A stretch of DNA of 64,000 nucleotides. It comes from Nitrospira sp. Lineage in GTDB: Bacteria > Nitrospirota > Nitrospiria > Nitrospirales > Nitrospiraceae. The notes under the pieces were generated by a model. It saw nothing but the letters and a program-made list of their open reading frames with translations. It was not told the DNA's origin and ran no database searches. Position numbers and translations under genes: made by a program. Where the stretch lies: contig AP038806.1 of assembly GCA_047150005.1 (NCBI GenBank), positions 3,840,001-3,904,000 of the forward strand, in the 5' to 3' direction. This document shows positions 10,138 to 18,231 of the stretch, piece by piece; the stretch's first letter is position 1; each line of letters opens with the position of its first letter.

Positions 10138-10293
10138 GGGTGGGAGGAGTGAACGCCCCGGGGGAATATGGTTCAAAAGGGGGTCGAGCGCTGAGGGTGG
10201 TGTGCAGGCCCAGCTTGTACTGGGAAGCCTAAAGTCCTCCCAAGACCTCCGCCGTACCTGCTGACTCTCGGTAGGTGCGTGCTCCTCCCACCC
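10138..10293 (+). ncRNA. ssrS: 6S RNA
   Basis: About 156-nt rod: closing stem GGGTGGGAGGAG/CTCCTCCCACCC, CCGGGGG/CTCTCGG, central bubble, GGGGTC/GACCTC, apical CCAG/CTGG followed by GAAGCCTAAA (cf. E. coli 6S GAAGCCUUAAAA); own sigma70 promoter. Confidence 0.8.
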
Positions 10294-10486
10294 TAAGCGA
10301 CCGCTGAAAAGTCCAGCCGCTGACGTTCTCTCGTTTATCCCGGCTCGGACTTGCTCACTCGCTCACCTGCGTCCATCTTCTCTCTTGCCGCTGCTTGCGT
10401 GCTCGTCTCATTTCACGGCTCGGCGATTTGCCTCTCCGTATGTTTTGTGGTACCACAGCACAGCGCAAGTAATCTTGAGAGGGTGA

Positions 10487-12565
10487 ATGCCGAAACAGAC
10501 AGCGTCCGCTCCGGTTGTCGGGTCCGCTCCTTCCGCGTCGCGATCTCCTGAAGCAGCCGTCCAGAAAAACGCCGCCTCCGCGAAACCCGTGCAGCAGGTG
10601 ACCGCGGTCGAGATGGGCGCGCGCCAGCGGGAGATCTCCGTCTCGGAATTCTTCACGAAGAACCGCCATTTGCTTGGCTTCGACAGTCCGAGAAAATCCC
10701 TGCTGACCTGCGTGAAAGAAGCCGTCGACAACGCGCTCGACGCGAGCGAAGAAGCCGGCATTTTGCCGGACGTCACCGTTCGGCTGGAAGTCGTGCCGAC
10801 GAACGGCGCGACGCCGCCCGCGAGCCAGGCGACCCGGTTCCGCATCACCGTGACCGACAACGGTCCGGGCATCGTCCGCCAGCAGATTCCGCGCATCTTC
10901 GCGAAGCTGCTCTACGGCTCCAAATTTCACCGCATGCGCATGAGCCGCGGCCAGCAGGGAATCGGCATTTCCGCCGCCGGCATGTACGGCCAGCTCACCA
11001 CCGGCAAACCGGTCACAATCATCTCCCGCACCGGCCCCCGGGCCGCTGCGCATTTTTTCGAAGTCCAGATCGATACCAAGAAGAATGAGCCGCTCGTCCA
11101 TGAGAACAAGCAGATCGATTGGCACCAGTCCCAGGGCACCGAGGTCACGCTCGAAGTCGAAGGGAAGTATCAGAAGGGCCGGGCGTCGGTGGACGAATGG
11201 CTGGAACAGACCTCCATCGCCAATCCACACGTCAAGCTGATCTACCACACGCCGGAAGGGGAGACGAAGGAGTATCCGCGGACGTACCACGAGCTGCCGC
11301 CGTCACCGCGTGAGATCAAGCCGCATCCCTACGGCATCGAGTTCGGCATGTTCTTGAAGATGCTGCAGGATACCAAGAGCCACGGAGTCGCGGGATTTCT
11401 GAGCAGCGACTTCTGCCGGGTCTCCCCGCAGCTCGCCGAGGACATCTGCAAAGCCGCCAAGGTTTCGCCCCATCTGACGCCGCGCGGTCTGAAGGGTCCC
11501 GCGGCCGAAACGCTGTACCGGACCATTCAGGACACGAAGATCATGGCGCCGCCGACGAATTGCATCTCGCCGATCGGCGAGAAGGCGATCTTGTCCGGCC
11601 TCTACAAACAGATCAAGGGCGAGTTCTACACGGCGGTGAGCCGGCCGCCCGCCGTCTATCGCGGCAATCCCTTTCTCATAGAAGCGGGGTTGGCCTACGG
11701 CACCAGGCCGGCGGATCAACAGAAACCGCAAGCGCCCGCCATGCCGAAAGCGGAAGGGGAGCATGAGGAAGAAGACTCGGAACTCGCGCGGGTCATCCGC
11801 TACGCGAACCGCGTCCCGCTGCTCTACCAACAGTCCGCCTGTTCGACCTTCAAGGCAGTCCTCAGCACGACGTGGAAGCATTACGGCGTCTCCCAGTCAC
11901 GCGGCGCCCTGCCGGGCGGGCCGATGGTGATCTTCGTCCACATGGCCTCGGTGTGGGTGCCTTTCACCAGCGAATCGAAGGAAGCCATTGCCGACTACGA
12001 CGAGATCCAGAAGGAAATCACCCTGGCCCTCCGGGAGTGCGGCAGGCGCCTGGGCCTGTTCCTGCGCCGGCGCGAACGGGCGGCGAGCGAATATCGGCGC
12101 CGAAACATCTTCGAACTCTATATCGAGGAAGTCGTCGACGCCTGCGACCGCCTGAAGGGCGGCACGCTGCCGAAAGCCAAATTGAAGGCCCAACTCCAAA
12201 AGATCGCCACGTCCCGCACCGGAGGCCTGAAGACCGACGAAGCCCTGGGCAAGACCGGCGGCGGTCCGGAGGGCCTCCCGCATTCGATCATCGTCACGGC
12301 GGAGGGCGTCGAAGGAGAAGTGGCGGCGGCATCGCAAATCGAGCCTGACGCCGCGGCGGCCTCCGTTGAACCGGATCTGCTCGGCGGCGACGCACCGCCC
12401 GCGGCGAAACCGTCGCCGGCACGGGCGACCAAGACGAAGCAGTCCAAGACCGGAGCCGGCGGGCCTAGAAGGCAGCCCGCTCCGCAAATGCCGCTCTTCG
12501 ACAAGCCGAAGCCATCCAAGAGATCAAAGAAGCCGGCTCATTCAGGACCACGAGGAAAGAAATAA
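10487..12565 (+). CDS. top6B: DNA topoisomerase VI subunit B
   Basis: QREISVSEFF.KN.HLLGF, GHKL motifs EAVDNALDA/DNGPGI/SRGQQGIGIS, transducer RYANRVPLLY and VPFTSESKEAIA. Confidence 0.95.
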   Translation: MPKQTASAPVVGSAPSASRSPEAAVQKNAASAKPVQQVTAVEMGARQREISVSEFFTKNRHLLGFDSPRKSLLTCVKEAVDNALDASEEAGILPDVTVRLEVVPTNGATPPASQATRFRITVTDNGPGIVRQQIPRIFAKLLYGSKFHRMRMSRGQQGIGISAAGMYGQLTTGKPVTIISRTGPRAAAHFFEVQIDTKKNEPLVHENKQIDWHQSQGTEVTLEVEGKYQKGRASVDEWLEQTSIANPHVKLIYHTPEGETKEYPRTYHELPPSPREIKPHPYGIEFGMFLKMLQDTKSHGVAGFLSSDFCRVSPQLAEDICKAAKVSPHLTPRGLKGPAAETLYRTIQDTKIMAPPTNCISPIGEKAILSGLYKQIKGEFYTAVSRPPAVYRGNPFLIEAGLAYGTRPADQQKPQAPAMPKAEGEHEEEDSELARVIRYANRVPLLYQQSACSTFKAVLSTTWKHYGVSQSRGALPGGPMVIFVHMASVWVPFTSESKEAIADYDEIQKEITLALRECGRRLGLFLRRRERAASEYRRRNIFELYIEEVVDACDRLKGGTLPKAKLKAQLQKIATSRTGGLKTDEALGKTGGGPEGLPHSIIVTAEGVEGEVAAASQIEPDAAAASVEPDLLGGDAPPAAKPSPARATKTKQSKTGAGGPRRQPAPQMPLFDKPKPSKRSKKPAHSGPRGKK

Positions 12566-12568
12566 TTC

Positions 12569-13675
12569 ATGGCCGCCCACAGCAAGCAGAAGACGACCGC
12601 GGTCGAACGGAAACTGATCGGGCTTGCCGACATCGTGGTCGGCGCCGCGGAGCGCTCGAAAGATCCGACCTTCTCCATCCCCATCCGCGCGCTCTCCAAC
12701 GTCTCGTTCAACCAGCGCAAGGGCTTGATCGAGATGGGCGACAAGAAGCAGGCGCGCTCGTTCTTCAACGTCGGGATGGCCAAGAAGTTCATGCAGACCG
12801 TGCTCGTGGCGGACGCCCTGTCGGAACTGCAGCGGGCGGACCTGACCACGTCGCTCAGAGAAATCTACTACCGGACGAAGCACACGATCAAAGACTCGCA
12901 TGAAAATACGTTCGACACGCAGGACGAGTCGGACCCGGTCATCGAGGATCTGGAAGTGTCCCTCGCCGCCCTGCGTGAAGAACTGCACGTACGGGCGGAA
13001 AACAGCGGGAGCATCGTGGGTCCCGTCGTCTTCGGCGACGACGGAGATCGCGTCGATTGCTCCAAGCTGGGGAAGGGAGGCTATTCGGTGCCCTCGATTG
13101 TGGAGCCGGAGTATCTGGAGATCCGCCGGTGCACGGCTGATTTCGTGCTGCTGGTCGAGAAGGGCACCCAGTGGAACCGCCTGTCAGAGGACAAGTTCTG
13201 GCGCCGCTATAATTGTGTCTTGCTGACCGGGAACGGCCAACCACCTCGTGGCGTCCGGCGCCTGGCGAAACGGTTGCATGAGGAATACAAACTGCCGGTC
13301 TATGTCCTGGTCGATAACGACCCCTGGGGATACTATATTTATTCCGTCGTCAAACAGGGGTCCATCAACCTGGCGTTCGAGAGCCAGCGGATGGCAATCC
13401 CCAAAGCCAAGTTCATGGGATTGTCGAGCGCTGACCCCGAACGCTATGAATTACCGAGAAATGTCGGCATCAAACTGAATGAAAAGGACATCGCCAGGGC
13501 CAAGGAGCTTATGAACTATCAATGGTTCCAGAAACCGGCCTGGCAGGCGGAAATCAAACGGATGCTCACGAGCGGGTTGAAGTACGAACTCGACAGCCTG
13601 GCGAATAAAGACTTCCAGTACCTCACCAAGAAGTATCTCCCCCGTAAGCTCAAGGAAAAAGACTGGCTCGACTAA
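12569..13675 (+). CDS. top6A: DNA topoisomerase VI subunit A (Spo11 family)
   Basis: SLREIYY catalytic Tyr, F..QDESD..IEDLE, Toprim VEK and DNDPWG; 3 bp after top6B. Confidence 0.95.
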   Translation: MAAHSKQKTTAVERKLIGLADIVVGAAERSKDPTFSIPIRALSNVSFNQRKGLIEMGDKKQARSFFNVGMAKKFMQTVLVADALSELQRADLTTSLREIYYRTKHTIKDSHENTFDTQDESDPVIEDLEVSLAALREELHVRAENSGSIVGPVVFGDDGDRVDCSKLGKGGYSVPSIVEPEYLEIRRCTADFVLLVEKGTQWNRLSEDKFWRRYNCVLLTGNGQPPRGVRRLAKRLHEEYKLPVYVLVDNDPWGYYIYSVVKQGSINLAFESQRMAIPKAKFMGLSSADPERYELPRNVGIKLNEKDIARAKELMNYQWFQKPAWQAEIKRMLTSGLKYELDSLANKDFQYLTKKYLPRKLKEKDWLD

Positions 13676-13798
13676 GAGGCCTGATCTGATCGGCCGGCAC
13701 GGCCGCTCCCAGTCGCGATCGACCGCGCCGCGATTCGGACAGATTCCCAGGGAATCACCGAGTGGCACCTCCACGCGATGACCGGCTAACGTTTGTCT

Positions 13799-14164
13799 AT
13801 GACGAAGACGAGGCGGGCGATCGTCCGGGCGGTGTTCCTGCTGAACATGGCTTTGTTCTTTATGGTGGCCGAGCCGGCACAGTCGGCGGATCGGTCTCCT
13901 GCTCCGCAACCTGATTCTCTCCAGACCGCCCCTCCCGAGAATCCGGAAGTCCGGCCCAAAGCGACGCCGCCCGATCTCCCGCCGCCATCCCTTGATCCGG
14001 GCATCGTCAAGCAACCGGAGACGGTTCCGCATCCGGATTCCGTTATCGTCCCGCCCGCCGTCGATCCCGGCATGGCCGTCAATCCGGAGCAGCCGCAAGG
14101 GAAGAAGCCGGACCGGCCCCCTCCACGGGAGAATCCGCAAGACGATCCCGCATCGCGGCGGTAA
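13799..14164 (+). CDS. Pro-rich secreted protein
   Basis: Signal peptide; repeated DPGI/DPGM motifs. Confidence 0.65.
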   Translation: MTKTRRAIVRAVFLLNMALFFMVAEPAQSADRSPAPQPDSLQTAPPENPEVRPKATPPDLPPPSLDPGIVKQPETVPHPDSVIVPPAVDPGMAVNPEQPQGKKPDRPPPRENPQDDPASRR

Positions 14165-14295
14165 TGAATCACTCGCGGGCGGCACAGCACCACGTCGAAC
14201 GCCTGGTGATCGGCGGATGCCGGGTGGAACACAACGAAGACCGCAGCAGGTCGCGGACGAAACACTGGGGTGAGGATACTCAACCTGGAGCCGAC

Positions 14296-14451
14296 ATGCC
14301 GATGATCGGACAATTGATTCCCGGCGGTTCGGTCGCCTGTTACCACCAAGACCGGATTGAACAGATCAGCCTACAATCCTATCGAGGTCGCTGGGTGGTT
14401 CTGGTGTTCTATCCCGGAGACTTCAGCTTCATTTGTCCGACTGAAATCTGA
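14296..14451 (+). CDS. Truncated peroxiredoxin (AhpC N-terminal part); mini-protein or pseudogene
   Basis: RBS GGAG; SL..YRGRWVVLVFYPGDFSFICPTEI followed by TGA. Confidence 0.6.
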   Translation: MPMIGQLIPGGSVACYHQDRIEQISLQSYRGRWVVLVFYPGDFSFICPTEI

Positions 14452-14516
14452 GGGCCGGCATGGCGACGAGCTGCGCCTTGAACCTTCTTTTCGCCGGGTG
14501 TTAAGATTCGCCTGCG

Positions 14517-14783
14517 ATGCCGAACATCACCTTGCTCGTGTCACCCAGCTGCGGCGCCTGTCCCTCGGCCAAGAGCCTGTGGAAACAGCTGCGCGTGAAG
14601 TACAGCTTTTCCTATCGCGAAGTGGACATCACCACGCCGGACGGCCAGGAGCTGGCCGGTCGCCACGCAGTGCGGGCGGTCCCGGCCACCATCATCGACG
14701 GCCGCCTGACGTTCGTCGGCGTACCCAGCAGAGAGAGCGCGGAAAAGGCCCTGCAGCTCAAAATGCGTCCGCGGGAAGGTTGA
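14517..14783 (+). CDS. Small thioredoxin/glutaredoxin-like protein
   Basis: SPSCGACP CxxC motif; VRAVPATIIDG cis-Pro motif. Confidence 0.85.
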   Translation: MPNITLLVSPSCGACPSAKSLWKQLRVKYSFSYREVDITTPDGQELAGRHAVRAVPATIIDGRLTFVGVPSRESAEKALQLKMRPREG

Positions 14784-14812
14784 GGATCACCTCAGCTCTG
14801 GAAGCCGGATTC

Positions 14813-14971
14813 ATGATGGACGAAGACGATATCGAGTTACCCATCCTGCCCACGCTCGACAAGGGGCCGCCGCCGGATTGTCCGATCTGCGGAGATCCCA
14901 TGTCCTTTATCGACGGGGATTGGGCCTGCGTCGACTGTAACGGCGAGCTACTCGGGCCGGAAACCGGCTAA
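14813..14971 (+). CDS. Small acidic Zn-ribbon protein
   Basis: CPICG...WACVDCNG; 52 aa. Confidence 0.6.
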   Translation: MMDEDDIELPILPTLDKGPPPDCPICGDPMSFIDGDWACVDCNGELLGPETG

Positions 14972-15039
14972 CCGCGGTTCTCAGTCCACCTGCGCAGCAG
15001 GGGCGGCGCCTCAATGGCTCCCCATACTTCCGTTCCCTC

Positions 15040-18000
15040 ATGCTGAAGGTCGTCACCGGTTCGTTTCACCCCTATCTTGAATCCGCGTTCGTCGAGCATC
15101 TTCAACAGGCCAAGGCCGCCGATCCGTTCGCTCCGGTTGCCGTGCTCGTGCCCTCGGCACCCTTGCTCGATCGGCTTCGGCGTCTGCTCTCTCGGGAGCG
15201 ACGGCTTTCATTCCTGAATGTCCATTTTTTCACCTTCCATCAACTGGCGCTGCGGCTCGCCGACGAGATGCGCGGGAAAGCACACACCGTTCCACCGCGT
15301 GTCGCCGACAATCTCTTCTTCGAGCAGCTGGTGCGGCATCTCGTCAGGAACCGGCTCTCCGGACTGACCGCATTACAGCAGATCGGCCATTCGTCGGGAA
15401 CGTGGGCTGCCCTCTGGTCTTCGATTCGTGACCTGAAAGACGCGGGGGTGGACCCGACCGAAGCTCAACGCGGGGTCGGTGAAGGCTGCTTCGACGAGGA
15501 CGACCGGGATTGGCTTCAAGCCCTGTTCACACTCTACCGCGCCGTGAAGGAAGTCGGACGGACCCTCGAGGTCGGGACTGCGGACGATCTCGCGGAGTCG
15601 CTGCTGCCGTTCGTCCCGGCCTCTCCGTTCCTCGGCTCGCTCCGCCATGTCTTCTATTACGGCTTCTACGACCTGACACAGATCCAACTGTCGCTGTTCG
15701 AAAAGGTGGCCGCCGCCGCACCGGCCACGCTGTTCTTTCCCCTCGAGAAGGATCGTTCGTTCACCTTCGCGCGACGGTTCTTCGAACGGCACATCCAGCG
15801 ACAGGTGACGACTCCCATCGCGCTCACCGGGCTCCGCGACTCCGGCCGGCCCGACCCCGCGACTCCCGCCCTGTCCGTCCGAAGCGTCATAGGCCTCGGT
15901 CAGGAGCTGGCCGTGACCTGCCGCACGATCCTCGAACTGGTCGAGACGAACGGGTACCGGTTCGACGAGATCGGCGTCGTGGCCAGAACCCTGGATCCCT
16001 ACCGTCCCCAACTGCAATCCGTCTTCGATCGCCACCGTGTTCCCTTCACCACGACGGTGGGACGGCCGCTCATCCAGGAGCCCTTGTGCAAGGTGCTGAT
16101 TGAACTGGCCACGTTGCCGACGAACGACTTCTACCGCACCACGATGCTCGATCTGGTGACATCGCCGCTTTTCGTCGCCACCGCGAACCAGGACCGTTCG
16201 TCCTCCTATCGTCCCGAACTGTGGAAGCTCCTCGTCCCGGCCCTGCAGATCACGAGGGGACGGGAGGAATGGGCAAGGTTGGAACAGGCCGGTCGGTCGC
16301 CGGTTGACCTGGATGGAGAGGATGAAGAAACCGGCCTGCCCCTGCCGCTGGATATCGCGCCGGAAGTGATCGGACACCTATGGCGGGTCGTGGCTCCGCT
16401 CCTCGGCGCCTGCGCGGCGCTGCCGCAACGAGGGACCGTCGCGCAACTGCTCGAAGCCTTCCGGCCGCTGGCCATCACGTATCTGCGCCGTCCGGAGGAC
16501 GGGCCGGCCGGCGATCCGGATTCCGGAACGGTTCGCCTCCAGGCGGCCTGGGAAGGCATCGAGTGCGCGTGGGCCTCACTCGGGGAGTTGGAGCCGATTG
16601 CCGACACACTGACCTGGGTCGAATTTCTGGAGTTGCTCACACACGCGCTCGAACGGGCCACGATACCGCTGGACCAGCCGGCACCGACGGGCGTGATGGT
16701 ACTCGACGCCATGGCCGCGCGCGGTCTTCCGTTCAAGGCGCTGTTCATCCTCGGTCTCAACGACAAAGTGTTTCCCCGCTATATCCGGGAAGACGCCTTT
16801 CTCCGGGATCGGCATCGTCACGTGCTGGACGCCACGCTCGGATTCAAGATCGACGAAAAACTGGCCGGATACGACGAAGAGTCGCTCCTGTTCGCCCTGC
16901 TCTGCCGGGCGGCCAGCTCCCGGCTGTATCTGTCGTTCCAGCGGGCCGACGAGACCGGCCGTGCACTGACTCCCTCTCCCTACCTCTGGGACATCGCTCG
17001 TCTATCAGGCCTAGAACCACAGACGACGGAGATTCTCCCCCGGCGTCTGACCGATCTGATCGCGCAGCAACCCGCGATACGACATGTGCTTCCGCCCGCC
17101 GACCTGGCGCAGTGGATGGCCATGAACGGGGAGGACCCGGCCGACCTCCTGCAATCCGTCCAAGGCGACGCAGACCTGTTTCGTCATGCAGCCGAGGCAC
17201 TGGATCATATCGAGGACGACCGGGCTCCCTTGACGCAGTATGACGGGGTGACCGGCCCGTTGGAACCCCACTGGCCCAGGACTGTCCAGCGCGGCCTGGC
17301 CCCCACGCCGCTCGAACGGTACGCACGTTGTCCATTTCAATATTTCGCCGCGGATGTTTTGAAGCTCGAACCGGTGCGATTGCCGGTGACACAGGAACCG
17401 GATGCGCCGCTGCTCGGCACCCTGTGCCACGGGGCGCTCCGGCGTGGCTATGAATCCCTCCTGGCCGCCGGTTGGCCGATGAAGGATCTTTCGAGCGACA
17501 CCATCCACCGGTCTATTGTCGCGGCGGTCGAACAGGCGGCAGCCGACTGCGCCTCACGTCATCGTACCGGTCACTATCTCTTGTGGGAATTGGCAAAAGC
17601 CACCATGGTCGACCTGATCGCGGCGGCGGTCGAGTCGGATTCGCGCGCACTGACGGACGAAGGATTTACTCCCGTCGCCTTGGAAGTGGAGGCGGAGGGG
17701 ACGATCCAGACTGAGCTGGGCGACGATGCCGCTCCCATAAAACTTCACGGCCGCGTGGACCGGATCGACCGACACAACATGTCCGGCGCGTTGCGGATCA
17801 TCGACTACAAATTCAAGGGCAGCAGGGTGATGAAACCGGACGACCGACATCTCCTCCAATCCGCCGTCCGTGGATCTCGGCTCCAACCGCCTCTCTACAT
17901 AGGACTGGATCTTCCGGGGGGAGGCAAGGCGCGAGAGGTCCGGTTCATTTTTCTGGCTCCCAAGTGGCCGAAGCCGATCGAGACGCGTAGCTTCGACGAG

Positions 18001-18231
18001 CGCGCCTGGTCGTCGGAGGCCGGCGCGCTGATTCGCCGGACCCTCGCCCACTTGGTCGACGGCATGAAAAGCGGCCGGTACTTCATCCTACCGGGAAGCT
18101 ATTGCGCGCCTTGTCCGTATCGGGTGCTCTGCCGGCGCGAACATGCGCCCACCTGGTGGCGCGCGCACCGAGCACCTGAACCGAAGCAACTCGCGGCGCT
18201 TCGCACGATTCGGGTGAACGATGTCCAGTGA
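15040..18231 (+). CDS. addB: AddB-like inactive-helicase/PD-(D/E)XK nuclease subunit with Fe-S cysteines
   Basis: ARGLPFKALFILGLND..FP; LERYARCPFQYF; HGRVDRID...IIDYK; YCAPCPYRVLC; overlaps addA. Confidence 0.8.
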   Translation: MLKVVTGSFHPYLESAFVEHLQQAKAADPFAPVAVLVPSAPLLDRLRRLLSRERRLSFLNVHFFTFHQLALRLADEMRGKAHTVPPRVADNLFFEQLVRHLVRNRLSGLTALQQIGHSSGTWAALWSSIRDLKDAGVDPTEAQRGVGEGCFDEDDRDWLQALFTLYRAVKEVGRTLEVGTADDLAESLLPFVPASPFLGSLRHVFYYGFYDLTQIQLSLFEKVAAAAPATLFFPLEKDRSFTFARRFFERHIQRQVTTPIALTGLRDSGRPDPATPALSVRSVIGLGQELAVTCRTILELVETNGYRFDEIGVVARTLDPYRPQLQSVFDRHRVPFTTTVGRPLIQEPLCKVLIELATLPTNDFYRTTMLDLVTSPLFVATANQDRSSSYRPELWKLLVPALQITRGREEWARLEQAGRSPVDLDGEDEETGLPLPLDIAPEVIGHLWRVVAPLLGACAALPQRGTVAQLLEAFRPLAITYLRRPEDGPAGDPDSGTVRLQAAWEGIECAWASLGELEPIADTLTWVEFLELLTHALERATIPLDQPAPTGVMVLDAMAARGLPFKALFILGLNDKVFPRYIREDAFLRDRHRHVLDATLGFKIDEKLAGYDEESLLFALLCRAASSRLYLSFQRADETGRALTPSPYLWDIARLSGLEPQTTEILPRRLTDLIAQQPAIRHVLPPADLAQWMAMNGEDPADLLQSVQGDADLFRHAAEALDHIEDDRAPLTQYDGVTGPLEPHWPRTVQRGLAPTPLERYARCPFQYFAADVLKLEPVRLPVTQEPDAPLLGTLCHGALRRGYESLLAAGWPMKDLSSDTIHRSIVAAVEQAAADCASRHRTGHYLLWELAKATMVDLIAAAVESDSRALTDEGFTPVALEVEAEGTIQTELGDDAAPIKLHGRVDRIDRHNMSGALRIIDYKFKGSRVMKPDDRHLLQSAVRGSRLQPPLYIGLDLPGGGKAREVRFIFLAPKWPKPIETRSFDERAWSSEAGALIRRTLAHLVDGMKSGRYFILPGSYCAPCPYRVLCRREHAPTWWRAHRAPEPKQLAALRTIRVNDVQ

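Noticed and set aside
10138..10293. SRP RNA or riboswitch interpretation
   Set aside because: No GNRA-capped SRP domain IV; the rod with central bubble and own promoter fit 6S better
14449..14484. Selenocysteine readthrough of the peroxiredoxin TGA
   Set aside because: The UGA is not at a Cys-equivalent position, and readthrough gives nine non-homologous residues then another stop
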